A stretch of DNA of 64,000 nt from an uncultured Pseudomonadales bacterium (GTDB taxonomy: Bacteria > Patescibacteriota > Microgenomatia > UBA1400 > PJMF01): contig CAYMSV010000001.1 of assembly GCA_964393205.1 (NCBI GenBank), forward strand, positions 244,581-308,580. The letters are read 5' to 3'. Position 1 is the first letter of the stretch; each line of letters begins with the position of its first letter. Positions 45,712 to 55,671 of the stretch are shown piece by piece. Position numbers and translations under genes: made by a program. Below the pieces are notes generated by a model that saw only the letters and a list, made by a program, of their open reading frames with translations, was not told where the DNA came from and did no database searches.

Positions 45712-47335
45712 GATAATGTTGATGATTGATGGCGAGTATTGCTCCAGCTAGGGCCCAATAAATGAAGGCTACTTTGGAAGAGGCAAAGACATCAATGTAA
45801 AGAGCATTGACCAAGAGGCCAATGGTAGCTGCCAAAAAGGCTAAATTAAGGTTTTTGAGCCAAGGACTGGCAGATTTATTTTTCTTGATTTGATAAAAGA
45901 TTACCCAAAAAATACCATAGAAACTAATAAAACCTAGCAAACCAGTTTCACCCAAGGTACGCAAGAAATTATTATCAGTGCTTTCGGCTTCAGTGAAGTG
46001 ATAAAAATCTTTTTTATTGAGGGTGGCATAGGCACTACCCACGACAGGATTGGCAACAAAACCATCGATGGCATTGGGCCAAAGCTCATCGAGGCGAATA
46101 GCCAAGGACAAACCATATTTCATGGCATTGGGTGACCAAGTGCGCTCTTTTTCTACCTCAACCATTTCGCCAAATTCATTCTCCTCTTTTACTATGTCTG
46201 GGACATCGACATACACATCAACCGGTCTAGTGGTGGTGGGTCGCTCATCAGTTTTGACTAAGGTGTTTTCATCGACAGCAATGCCATCATCCGGCGGTCG
46301 ACCTCGGCGTTGAATATAAGTGGCTAACTTTTCATATTTTTCTTCAAAAATTTCCATTTGAGTTTCGCTAAATTCTTCAGCATCTTCATAAACTAGATAA
46401 GCTTCTGGATAAGCTCGCAAGATTTGCACAAAACGGTCTTGCATATCGCCACCAAAGACGAAAATCATTAGGATTAATAAAATGCTAAAAGCAGTACCTC
46501 GACGCAGAAGTGCCCATAAGCGTTTAATAAATTTTTGCTCTTGCCAAGCTAACATAATGATAGCGGCAGCCATGGCAGCAAGATAAGCTGCAAAAGAAAT
46601 TCGTGAAGCGGAAACAACCAAAAGCCATAGACCAAGCAAATGCAAAACTTTAAATAAACCCTTACCCCATTTGTTTTGGCTTTTCATACCAAGAACATAA
46701 AAAATTGGCAAAACCATGACCAAAAAGGCAGCCAAATCATAATGACCGGCAAAGGTAGATTGGACTCGAGCGTGTTCGGTTAAATATAAAACCATACCCT
46801 TGCTAAATTCTCGATTCATGGTCGAAAAAACTGGCCAATAAAGATATTTTTGACCATACCCGTAAACTGTGACTAAAACCAAAGTGAGGGCTAAGCTGGC
46901 AAGGACTAGGCGCACATCTTTTTCTGAGCGAACGCTAGAGTAAAGAATAAATAGCAAAGAAAAATATTCAATATAGCGCAGCAGGTGTAAAAATGATTTA
47001 GCAAAGTGAATGCTTTCCAAAGGAATGGTGCGAATGATAAATAAACCTGAGATAATCGATAAAAAAGCAATTGCAATGTAGGCAAAAATCCATTTAGCAG
47101 CTGGATTTTGCCAGTCAACTTTTTTGCGCTTTACTTGAATTAGATAAAACAGAGACACTAGGGCTACCAAGATATCTTCTAAGCGAACCCGGACAATGTA
47201 GCCAGGAATGGCCTCAAAAAGTGGCACTTTTGGATAGAGGGGAATAAAAATTAACAGAAATAAGCTAGCAAATAACATTAAGCGATTGTCAACAAAATTC
47301 AGTAATTTTTTAGCAAAAGTTGATTTTTTAGCCAT
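45680..47335 (-). CDS. O-antigen ligase / Wzy_C family protein with large extracytoplasmic loop
   Basis: Motifs RVQSTFAGHYDLA, SASR and DNNFLRTLGETGLLG; ATG at 47335. Confidence 0.8.
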   Translation of the reverse strand: MAKKSTFAKKLLNFVDNRLMLFASLFLLIFIPLYPKVPLFEAIPGYIVRVRLEDILVALVSLFYLIQVKRKKVDWQNPAAKWIFAYIAIAFLSIISGLFIIRTIPLESIHFAKSFLHLLRYIEYFSLLFILYSSVRSEKDVRLVLASLALTLVLVTVYGYGQKYLYWPVFSTMNREFSKGMVLYLTEHARVQSTFAGHYDLAAFLVMVLPIFYVLGMKSQNKWGKGLFKVLHLLGLWLLVVSASRISFAAYLAAMAAAIIMLAWQEQKFIKRLWALLRRGTAFSILLILMIFVFGGDMQDRFVQILRAYPEAYLVYEDAEEFSETQMEIFEEKYEKLATYIQRRGRPPDDGIAVDENTLVKTDERPTTTRPVDVYVDVPDIVKEENEFGEMVEVEKERTWSPNAMKYGLSLAIRLDELWPNAIDGFVANPVVGSAYATLNKKDFYHFTEAESTDNNFLRTLGETGLLGFISFYGIFWVIFYQIKKNKSASPWLKNLNLAFLAATIGLLVNALYIDVFASSKVAFIYWALAGAILAINHQHYHDKKSKKAKK

Positions 47336-47344
47336 ATTCAAAAT

Positions 47345-48358
47345 TCATTTAATAATTGCTAAAGCTTCACGATAGATTGTCGCTTGTCTCTCTTTACCAG
47401 TCAAGCGATAAATTAAATAACGCCAGAATGCACCAGCTTTAAGAATCAAGCGCAGTAGCGATTGTTGCCAGGCTGGAAAATGCTTTTTCCAAATATATAA
47501 ATAACTTTTAAACTCACCAAGAATAGCATTTTTACTAGAAGAGCTAGCGCTACCCAAGTGAACAATTTTGGCGCCGGGATGAATGGCAATGTCAAAATGA
47601 TGGTTTTTAGCTCGTAGACAAAATTCTTGATCCTCACCGTACATAAAGATATTTTTGTCTAGATAGCCAATGCGATCGATGACGCTTTTTTTAATCAGCA
47701 TGGCTGTACCAGCTACCCAATCTTTATGGATGAGAGCTGTTTTTTGATTTTTTCGATCAAGAAAGAGTTTTTGTAAGGGGCGTTGATTACGACCTGTGTG
47801 TTGAGTAGAAGGCAAAAAGCGACCCAGCACCGGAATGTCATCTAAAAAAAACATTTGGTTAAAAACGGCACAGAGTGATAATTGTGAACCACCCTGAGGT
47901 TGAAGGGAGCCATCAGGATTGAGTAAAGTGGGGCTTAAAATACCCAGATAATCAACGATTTTTTCACTATCTTGAGTGGTAGCAGTGGCTAGTTGATCAG
48001 GATGATTAATAAAGGTTTTGACTAAAGTTTCTAGAGTGCCCTGTTGGACAATGGTGTCAGAGTTAAGCAACATCAAATATTCACCCTTGGCATTTTTGAG
48101 CGCTTGGTTATTAGCTTTAGCAAAGCCCAAGTTTTGTTTATTGGCAATGAGTTGGTAATTGCGAAATTTTGCCTTGTTAAAAAACTTCTTCACGGCATCT
48201 AAGCTGCCATCTTGGCTATTGTTATCAACCACATAGATTTCGCTATCTTTTTTTAGTAAGTCGCTACTTTTGATATCAGCTAACAAGCTCTCCAATGTCT
48301 GGAGGGTTAATTCTTGAGTGTTATAAGAAACAACAATGACGGATAAAAGCTTTTGCAT
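47345..48358 (-). CDS. GT2 family glycosyltransferase
   Basis: Motifs VVDNNSQD, NLGFAKANN, LLNSD and FMYGED. Confidence 0.88.
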   Translation of the reverse strand: MQKLLSVIVVSYNTQELTLQTLESLLADIKSSDLLKKDSEIYVVDNNSQDGSLDAVKKFFNKAKFRNYQLIANKQNLGFAKANNQALKNAKGEYLMLLNSDTIVQQGTLETLVKTFINHPDQLATATTQDSEKIVDYLGILSPTLLNPDGSLQPQGGSQLSLCAVFNQMFFLDDIPVLGRFLPSTQHTGRNQRPLQKLFLDRKNQKTALIHKDWVAGTAMLIKKSVIDRIGYLDKNIFMYGEDQEFCLRAKNHHFDIAIHPGAKIVHLGSASSSSKNAILGEFKSYLYIWKKHFPAWQQSLLRLILKAGAFWRYLIYRLTGKERQATIYREALAIIK

Positions 48359-48369
48359 AATTTTTTAAC

Positions 48370-48993
48370 TTATTGAAATAAGCGGGGGCGTCCTAGGCGA
48401 TAATTGCTAGCAGTTTGTGGTCGTTGATCAATAACTTTAGCTGGCACGCCAGCCACAATGTCATAGGGAGCCACATCTTTGGTGACAATAGCGCCAGCAG
48501 CAATCACTGCTCCCTCACCAATCTTAACACCAGGCATAATAATAGCTCTGGGGCCAATAAAAACGTAGTCGCCAATAGTGACCTTTTCTTCAATAGTAGT
48601 CATTTCGCTAGATTTAACATCGTGCTCACTAGTCCAAATCATTACTTCTGAGGCAATATCGACGTGATTGCCAATTTCTAGTCCGCCTCGAGAATTTTCC
48701 AGTTGACGGCGGCCATCCAGCGTGGCTTTTTCACCAATGAGAGTGCCAGCACCAATCTTAATTCCCGATGGATAATAAATTCTAGCCATCATGTGAATAG
48801 TGGAGCCTTTGCCAATTTTTATGCCAGAGAGTCGATAAAAGAATCTTCGCCAACAATGAAAAGGTAAAAAACCCACTCCCCACCAGAGGAAACCAGTCCA
48901 TATTTCTAAAAGAATAGTTTTCACTCGTCTTTTGGCTTTAGAGCGAATTTGACTAGAATTTAAGACACGTCCATGTTTATCTGTAATAGGCAT
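48370..48993 (-). CDS. Hexapeptide-repeat sugar O-acetyltransferase
   Basis: Left-handed beta-helix repeats ([28 protein letters not shown]) and GVPAKVI. ATG at 48993 lies 6 nt after TATACT. Confidence 0.85.
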   Translation of the reverse strand: MPITDKHGRVLNSSQIRSKAKRRVKTILLEIWTGFLWWGVGFLPFHCWRRFFYRLSGIKIGKGSTIHMMARIYYPSGIKIGAGTLIGEKATLDGRRQLENSRGGLEIGNHVDIASEVMIWTSEHDVKSSEMTTIEEKVTIGDYVFIGPRAIIMPGVKIGEGAVIAAGAIVTKDVAPYDIVAGVPAKVIDQRPQTASNYRLGRPRLFQ

Positions 48994-49040
48994 GAGACTA
49001 GTATACAACACAGAGCGAAAACTGTTGAGGTGCGAGTGAT

Positions 49041-50054
49041 TTAGTTCTTTTCTTTAGGCGGGGTGATACCAAAATATTGATAAGCCTTATGAGAGACAAT
49101 CCGTCCTTTAGGGGTACGGCGAATGAAACCAATCTGTAATAAATAGGGTTCCAAAACTTCTTCAATGGTACCGGCATCTTCGCTGATACTGGCAGAAAGA
49201 GTTTTAAGCCCCACCGCTTTACCATCATGTTTTTTAATCAAAGCCATCAGTAGGCGGCGATCGTTTTCATCTAAACCCAGCTCATCGATTTCAAAAATTT
49301 CCAGGGCTTTAGTAACGAGGGCCGAATCAATACTGGCTTTTTCCAAAACTTGAGCAAAATCACGCACGCGCTTAAGTAGTTTAAGGGCAATTCTTGGTGT
49401 GCCTCGGGAGCGTTCAGCCAAAGAGAGGCGAGCGGGACGATCAATAGTGCAGTGTAATTTATCACTGGCATATTTAATAATTTTTTCTAGTTCCTGTGGC
49501 TGATAAAATTCCAAGCGATGAATTAGGCCAAAACGATCACGAAATGGCCCGGTCAGCAAACCAAAGCGAGTGGTAGCTCCGACCAGGGTAAATTTTGCCA
49601 AATCTAAGCGCACAGTGCGAGCGCTGGGACCTTTGCCAATGACAATATCTAGAGCAAAATCTTCCATAGCTGGATAAAGAGTTTCTTCAACGGCTTTGGG
49701 TAAGCGATGAATTTCATCAATAAATAAAATATCTCCATCTTCTAAATTAGTTAAAATAGCAGCCAAATCACTGGTTTTGGAGAGGGCGGTGCCTGAGGTA
49801 ATGCGAAAATTAACGCCCATTTCTTTAGCGATTAATTGAGCCAAGGTCGTCTTACCCAATCCTGGGGGGCCGTAAAAAAGGACATGATCGATGGCTTCTT
49901 TTCTTTGAGCAGCTGCATCAATGGCAATTTTTAGAGATTTTTTAATATTTTCTTGACCCAAGAACTCCTGCCAATTACTGGCACGCAGCGAGGTAAAAAG
50001 TAATTCTTCCTCATCATCCTTGATGAGACGAGGATCAATATCAGTTTTTGTCAT
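49041..50054 (-). CDS. ruvB: Holliday junction branch migration helicase RuvB
   Basis: Motifs [27 protein letters not shown] and RTPKGR; ATG at 50054. Confidence 0.97.
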   Translation of the reverse strand: MTKTDIDPRLIKDDEEELLFTSLRASNWQEFLGQENIKKSLKIAIDAAAQRKEAIDHVLFYGPPGLGKTTLAQLIAKEMGVNFRITSGTALSKTSDLAAILTNLEDGDILFIDEIHRLPKAVEETLYPAMEDFALDIVIGKGPSARTVRLDLAKFTLVGATTRFGLLTGPFRDRFGLIHRLEFYQPQELEKIIKYASDKLHCTIDRPARLSLAERSRGTPRIALKLLKRVRDFAQVLEKASIDSALVTKALEIFEIDELGLDENDRRLLMALIKKHDGKAVGLKTLSASISEDAGTIEEVLEPYLLQIGFIRRTPKGRIVSHKAYQYFGITPPKEKN

Positions 50055-50637
50055 AATTTTTTCCACTAGCAATTTTTAGAGCCTGTTTGATGGCCACTGC
50101 CAAATCCAAGCTTTCAATATCAATTTTTTCCAAGGCAAAATTAATGCTTTGATCATCAAAACCCAAGCCCAAAAGTGCATCATAAACATCTTGTTTTTTT
50201 GGTGAGAGCGTGGCGAGGTTAAGTTCTTTGAGCCCACCTAGTTTACTCTTTAATTCAATAATGATTTTTTGGGCTAGTTTTTTGCCGACTCGTGGTATAG
50301 CAGTGAAAAAACTTAAATTAGCTTCTTGTACAGCACTAATTAGTTTTTCTGCTCCAGCATTAACGATGGCTAGAGCAGTTTTAGGCCCAACCCCAGAAAC
50401 GGTCAAAACTAGTTGAAAGAGAGCCAATTCTTTTTCTTGGGCAAAACCATAAAGTTCTAATCGATCTTCTTTGACGTGAGTAAAGATATGAGCTTCGAGC
50501 TCTTCGCCCTTTAATTCATTTTGACTAGCACTTTGCAAAAAGTTGCTAGTAGCCTGAACCTGATAACCAACTCCCCCACAAATAATAATCAGATAGTTTT
50601 TTTTGACAGTAACTTGACCTTTGAGATAAGCAATCAT
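50041..50637 (-). CDS. ruvA: Holliday junction branch migration protein RuvA
   Basis: Motifs MIAYLKG, GVGY, LYGF, VSGVGPKTA and ALLGLGF. Confidence 0.96.
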   Translation of the reverse strand: MIAYLKGQVTVKKNYLIIICGGVGYQVQATSNFLQSASQNELKGEELEAHIFTHVKEDRLELYGFAQEKELALFQLVLTVSGVGPKTALAIVNAGAEKLISAVQEANLSFFTAIPRVGKKLAQKIIIELKSKLGGLKELNLATLSPKKQDVYDALLGLGFDDQSINFALEKIDIESLDLAVAIKQALKIASGKNYDKN

Positions 50638-51134
50638 AAATTTTTTAACTTTCTGGCAGCTTGATGGCAGATGAGTAGAGCTAGCGCATCAAAAGTATCA
50701 TCTAGGATCTCTTCTGTGCCTTTTTGATCAATTGCTAACTCCATCCGTACCATCTTTTCTACAGCTTTTTTGTCCGCTCGTCCATAGCCAGTTACAGCTT
50801 GCTTGATTTGTAGTGGCGTATATTGGCTAATTTTTAAACCAGCACTGAGCAAGGTAGCCATAATTAAACCCCGAGCCTCACTGACTTTCATGGCTGTACT
50901 CTGATTTTTAAACCAAAAGAGGGTTTCAATGGCGGCTTCTTGGGGCTGAAGCTGATCTACGATGTCTTTTAATTCGCTCAAAATTTGTTGATAGCGATCC
51001 TCAATTTCTCCTTGTCGATCAGTAGTGATGCAGCCATGGCCAAAAATCTGCCAACCACTTTTCAATTGTTGAGCCACTGCCCAACCCAGGCGATCATAAC
51101 CTGGATCAATGCCAATAATAATCGGATTAGGCAT
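50634..51134 (-). CDS. ruvC: Holliday junction resolvase RuvC
   Basis: Motifs IGIDPG, AIETLF, YTPLQIK..VTGYGRADK and DDTFDALA; ATG at 51134 overlaps the upstream GT4 stop. Confidence 0.95.
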   Translation of the reverse strand: MPNPIIIGIDPGYDRLGWAVAQQLKSGWQIFGHGCITTDRQGEIEDRYQQILSELKDIVDQLQPQEAAIETLFWFKNQSTAMKVSEARGLIMATLLSAGLKISQYTPLQIKQAVTGYGRADKKAVEKMVRMELAIDQKGTEEILDDTFDALALLICHQAARKLKNL

Positions 51135-52320
51135 TTTTACTTTCGCTAGCTGTTTTTTTAATGAGAGCAAGAATTTTTGAAGCAGATTTTTGCCAAGTAA
51201 AGCGCTTAGCATATCTTTGTCTAGCGTTGATCAGGCTTTGATATTTTTTGCTACTTAGTTTATTGAAATCAAGCATTTTTTGAGCAATAGCTTGGTGATC
51301 TTGGGGGTCAACACTGAGCTTAGCCTCGGCAACCACTTCATTGAGGCTGGAATTGTCAGCGACAATTGGCAAGCAACCGGCTTCAATTGATTCTAGGGCT
51401 GGAATACCAAAACCCTCATAAAGAGAGAGTAAAAAGCTTAATTTGGCTCGCTGGTAAAGAGCTTTTTTAAACTTACTGGGCACAAAACCGGTGACAATAA
51501 TTTTTTCTTTAAAGATAAATTTATCAATTTGCTTGAGTAAATCATCACTTAGCCAACCAACTTTGCCAGCAATGACTAGTTGTGGCGCTTGAGCTAGAGC
51601 TCGATCTTTATTATTGTTGGTTTGAGCTAGAGTTTCTAGTAAAAAGATTTCATAAGCTCTGATGAGTGAAGACAGATTTTTTCTTGGCTGAAGAGTGCCC
51701 AAATAGAGAAAACAATTGTTCTTGATGTCGTGTTGGCGGAAAAATTGCTTGCTTTCTTCTTGTTTGGCACTTTTGGCAAAGCGATTAGCTGGTGGGGCAA
51801 CCAAAATATCTTTTGCCGATCGGCCATAATGCTTAATAATTTCTTGTTTGGAAAAATCACTAATAGTTAAAACCTTTTTAGCATTTTTGACACTATATTT
51901 TGTCCAAGATTTTAGTTGCAAAAGATCTTCGGGACGAAATTGTTGAGGAAAGTGCAAATAAGCCAAATCCATAACACTACTAATATATGGCACGCTAGAA
52001 AAGCGTGGCGCATAGTGACCAGGTGTAAAAAAGAGATCATAGTCCTTGCGGTGCAAAAACAAATGAATCGGTAGTGCCCATTGAGTCCAGAGTTTTTGGG
52101 GCTGCAGGTAAACATAAGTCCAATTTTTTCTAGTTTCTGGTAGATCAGCAACTTTTTCTCTGGCTAACAAGACAGTAATTTGCCACTGACTAGATTTTTT
52201 ACACTGCTTATAAAATTGCTGAAGAATTTCAAAAGCATAGACATTGCTGCCAACACGTTTTTCAACATTAGCTTCATTGCCGTCAATAGCTAGGTAGATA
52301 GTTTTTTTGTTTTTAGTCAT
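51127..52320 (-). CDS. GT4 family glycosyltransferase (MtfB-like)
   Basis: Motifs GTLQPRKNL and YEGFGIPALE. Confidence 0.88.
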   Translation of the reverse strand: MTKNKKTIYLAIDGNEANVEKRVGSNVYAFEILQQFYKQCKKSSQWQITVLLAREKVADLPETRKNWTYVYLQPQKLWTQWALPIHLFLHRKDYDLFFTPGHYAPRFSSVPYISSVMDLAYLHFPQQFRPEDLLQLKSWTKYSVKNAKKVLTISDFSKQEIIKHYGRSAKDILVAPPANRFAKSAKQEESKQFFRQHDIKNNCFLYLGTLQPRKNLSSLIRAYEIFLLETLAQTNNNKDRALAQAPQLVIAGKVGWLSDDLLKQIDKFIFKEKIIVTGFVPSKFKKALYQRAKLSFLLSLYEGFGIPALESIEAGCLPIVADNSSLNEVVAEAKLSVDPQDHQAIAQKMLDFNKLSSKKYQSLINARQRYAKRFTWQKSASKILALIKKTASESKNA

Positions 52321-53456
52321 TTTTTCTCTTCAATAGCTCGGCGATAAACTTCCAAGGTAGTGCGAGCAGTTTTGGACCAGTTAAAAAGATGCAGGCGAAT
52401 TATCATGCGCTGGAGGCGGGTGGCGCTAGCAGCCTTGTCTTCACCAAGTAACTTTTTTAAACCACTGCGAATATCTTCAATACTATTGGGATTAACTAAA
52501 AGAGCGGCATTACCAGCCACTTCTTTAATCACAGGAATATCGCTACTCAGCACTGGCACACCATGAGAAAAGGCTTCCAAAATAGGTAAGCCAAAACCTT
52601 CATCAAGGCTGGGATAAGCTAGTAATTCGGCATAATGGTAAAGGGCAGCTAAAGCTAAATCATCAACTTGGCCCATAAAGCGCAAGTGCTCTTGATGAAG
52701 CTGACGACTCTTATCCCAAGCTTTTTCACCAGCGACAATTAAGTCAAAATCTCCAGCCAAAGGTTCCCAAGCTTTAATCAGGCGCTCTAAGTTTTTGCGT
52801 GGCTCCCGACTACCCACAAAGAGAATATAAGGACGAGTCAATTTAAGCTTTTTTTTCAGCTGAACACGCAATTCGTCACTGGCACTCAAGCGATCACTAG
52901 TTTCCTTAATGGCTCGTGGCAGAGCTTCATAAGTGACAGTAATGCGTTCGGGCGGAATTTGCAGTAGTTTAACAATCTCATTTTTACTAGCTTGAGTAAC
53001 GGTTAAAATTTGCGCACTTCGCTCTTTTAAAATTTTCCAAGAGCGCTGGTGAGCAGCTAAGACTCGAGGATGAGCCGTCTCTGGATATTTGAGAATAGCT
53101 AAATCATGAATGGTGGAAACCAGTGGCAGATCTTTATCTGGTGGTTGTAGCCAATCCCAACTGTGAAAAACCTCTACCCCAGGCATAGTGTTAGTGATTG
53201 GTCGCAGACCCAGAGACCATAGTTTAGCTAAGATTGAGGGCGGAATTTTACCTAAAAAAAGATCATATTTGTCTGGAGTGGTGCTTTTTAATTGCTCTTT
53301 TAACTCTTCACTTAGCTGAGCGTGAGCCCTGAGGGAATTGCCATAAAGTAAGAGTTCGACATTGGGTAATTCAAGTAAAGCCAGCATTAAATTACTGGTA
53401 TAGCGAGAGACCCCGCGCCGATAAACTAAACTACTGACATCCAAGCCGATTTTCAT
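52317..53456 (-). CDS. GT4 family glycosyltransferase (MtfB-like)
   Basis: Motifs GVSRY, TIHDL, EPRKNL and EGFGLPILEA. Confidence 0.9.
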   Translation of the reverse strand: MKIGLDVSSLVYRRGVSRYTSNLMLALLELPNVELLLYGNSLRAHAQLSEELKEQLKSTTPDKYDLFLGKIPPSILAKLWSLGLRPITNTMPGVEVFHSWDWLQPPDKDLPLVSTIHDLAILKYPETAHPRVLAAHQRSWKILKERSAQILTVTQASKNEIVKLLQIPPERITVTYEALPRAIKETSDRLSASDELRVQLKKKLKLTRPYILFVGSREPRKNLERLIKAWEPLAGDFDLIVAGEKAWDKSRQLHQEHLRFMGQVDDLALAALYHYAELLAYPSLDEGFGLPILEAFSHGVPVLSSDIPVIKEVAGNAALLVNPNSIEDIRSGLKKLLGEDKAASATRLQRMIIRLHLFNWSKTARTTLEVYRRAIEEKK

Positions 53457-54915
53457 AGGCCATCACACTTTCTTTACTATACATTCTAACAAAACCAATA
53501 TTAGGATAATCTAGTACACCAATATTTTCAAAACCCAAATCTTGAATAAGTTTGGGCAGTTGATCATTAGGATCAGTTAAATCACGCAGATAATCAAAGA
53601 GTAAGACATATTCATAATCACTCAAGGTTTTGAGTCGATTAGCCAAATCCGTTTCAGCTGGCAAATAGTAGCTTTGGGTGGCAAAAGCATCGATCCAAGC
53701 CTCGCTGTAATAAACCCAAGGGGCAAAAGGAGCGCTAAAAGAAAAAACAGCCACTGATTTGCCTCGACCATAAGCTAGCTCCACTTCTTCAACTAGGGAG
53801 CGCCAATTTTCGCGTTGCAGTTTGGGTTGCAGCCAATAACTAACTAGAGCAAACAAATGAATGGCAAAGAGGCTAAAGAAAAGAATTTTAGCCAAGACCA
53901 TTAAGCGGCCTTTGGCTTCAATAATTAAGTGACTGATGAAAATAAAGAAGGCGGGTAGTAAAAATAAGACGCGCTTGGGCTGTAGCACCGGAATAAAAAA
54001 GGAAAAGACCCAGATTAAAAGCAAGGGAGCAAGAAAAAAATAAAGAGCAAAAGTTAGTGCAGTTTGAGTGTTTTTGTTAGAGCGCTGATCATAAAAGAGC
54101 TTGGTGACTAGAACCAGCAAGAGTAAAAAACTAGCAATAAAAAAGAGATTGGGCTCTAAATCAAGCAAGCCATAAATAAATTTGAGTGGCACTAGCGGCA
54201 AACTTTTGAGCTGAGGTAGGCTAACCACCTCTGCCCAACCCGGCATTTGTAAGCGCAGAGCTTGACCGACAGTTAATTGCTGCCAAAACTTAGGCAGCCA
54301 AGGTAGAAAAGCCAAAACAATTAGGCCGAGAGGCGCTAGCAACTTTTTGATTTTAATTTTTTTAACTAGAGTCAAATAAGCCAGCTGGCAGAGCAAGAAA
54401 AAGGGATATAAATAACTAGAATAAAGACCAAAGATAGAACTAAGTATAAAAGTGAGTTGAGAGCGCTTTTTGGGCCAGTTGAGCATGGCCAGGGTGCCTA
54501 AACTAGCCCACATCATCGCTAAACTATAAGGCCTGAGTTCTTGGGAGAAGAAAATATGCAAGGGCGAAGTAGCCAGAAACAGAGCACTTAAAAAAGCAAT
54601 GGCTCTAGCCTGCTTTTTTTTAGCAAAAAGTTGCAGGGCAATTTGGTAAGTAGCCCAAACACTAATGAGGCCAGGAATGACACTGGGTAGTAAGCGCAAG
54701 AGGGCTTCATTTTGTCCCAAACCAAAAACACTGAGCAAGCGCAGCCAAAAAAAAGTTAGCAAGTGCATCAGTGGTGGTTGAAAGTCAGCAGCAATTTGCA
54801 GTTGCTGGCTGAGTGGACGAGCACTTTCCAAAATTTGAGCAGCTTCATCTAGCCAAAAAGAATCATTGAGTCTGACTAAACGCAAAAGTAAAGCTAGGAA
54901 TAAAATAGCCTTCAT
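53431..54915 (-). CDS. GT-C (PMT/GT39-like) polyprenol-phosphate-sugar-dependent glycosyltransferase
   Basis: SFWLDEA (DE motif in the first external loop), D.QPPL, SQELRPYS and ENWR; polytopic. Confidence 0.8.
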   Translation of the reverse strand: MKAILFLALLLRLVRLNDSFWLDEAAQILESARPLSQQLQIAADFQPPLMHLLTFFWLRLLSVFGLGQNEALLRLLPSVIPGLISVWATYQIALQLFAKKKQARAIAFLSALFLATSPLHIFFSQELRPYSLAMMWASLGTLAMLNWPKKRSQLTFILSSIFGLYSSYLYPFFLLCQLAYLTLVKKIKIKKLLAPLGLIVLAFLPWLPKFWQQLTVGQALRLQMPGWAEVVSLPQLKSLPLVPLKFIYGLLDLEPNLFFIASFLLLLVLVTKLFYDQRSNKNTQTALTFALYFFLAPLLLIWVFSFFIPVLQPKRVLFLLPAFFIFISHLIIEAKGRLMVLAKILFFSLFAIHLFALVSYWLQPKLQRENWRSLVEEVELAYGRGKSVAVFSFSAPFAPWVYYSEAWIDAFATQSYYLPAETDLANRLKTLSDYEYVLLFDYLRDLTDPNDQLPKLIQDLGFENIGVLDYPNIGFVRMYSKESVMAYENRLGCQ

Positions 54916-54933
54916 CTCTCCTATTATGGCAAT

Positions 54934-55611
54934 TTAGAGGGTGAGGCGCAAATGTAAAATTCTACCGATGATCTTGAAACCGTCTAAAAGTTCCATCTTT
55001 TGGTCGGTGGGATGATAAATGGTCTTGATAGGTACGGTAGCAAAAGGTAAGTAGTTGCGAGCGGTGCGGCAAGAAATTTCGACTTCAACACTATAATTAT
55101 TACTCTGCCAGCGCAGTTTAGGATAAACTTCTTTGCTGATCGCTTTATAACCGGACAGCGAATCGGAAATGTAAAAGTCATAAAGTGCCCAGATCAAAAA
55201 AGAAATGGCACGATTGCCGGCTACTCGCCCCAGTGACATGCCTTGTTTGAGGTTGCGAAGGCCAAAAATTAATTGTGGTGGTTTTTTTTGATCAAGCAGG
55301 GCAAAAAAGTGTTGCAAATCACTTGGATCGTGCTGGCCATCACCATCCATAAAAATCACATACTTGGCATCGAGTTCGTTGAAAGCAAAGTCAGCCCCTT
55401 TGCGCATGCTAGCGCCTTTACCCAAGTTAGTCTCATTAATTAAGCAGTGTTTAACATATTTTTTGGCAATTTTACAGGTGCTGTCACTAGAGCCATCGTC
55501 AACGAGAACAATGTTTTTAGTAATAGTTCTTAGTTTTTTGAGTAAAGGATGGAGGTGGCGAGCTTCGTTGTGGGCAGCGATAACGATATAAGTATGATTA
55601 TTTGCTGTCAT
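54934..55611 (-). CDS. GT2 family polyprenol-phosphate glycosyl synthase (DPM1/Ppm1-like)
   Basis: Motifs VDDGSSD, NLGKG, MDGDGQH, DSLSGYKA and EVE. Confidence 0.8.
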   Translation of the reverse strand: MTANNHTYIVIAAHNEARHLHPLLKKLRTITKNIVLVDDGSSDSTCKIAKKYVKHCLINETNLGKGASMRKGADFAFNELDAKYVIFMDGDGQHDPSDLQHFFALLDQKKPPQLIFGLRNLKQGMSLGRVAGNRAISFLIWALYDFYISDSLSGYKAISKEVYPKLRWQSNNYSVEVEISCRTARNYLPFATVPIKTIYHPTDQKMELLDGFKIIGRILHLRLTL

Positions 55612-55671
55612 TGCTCGCTATTATGCCTATTTTGCTCTGCGCTGACAAGCGAAATTTGCTAGAATAAAGAT

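Noticed and set aside
48998-49471. Short alternative-frame ORFs within ruvB (possible frameshift product)
   Set aside because: RuvB is full-length in one frame, and I saw no slippery site or stimulator structure.
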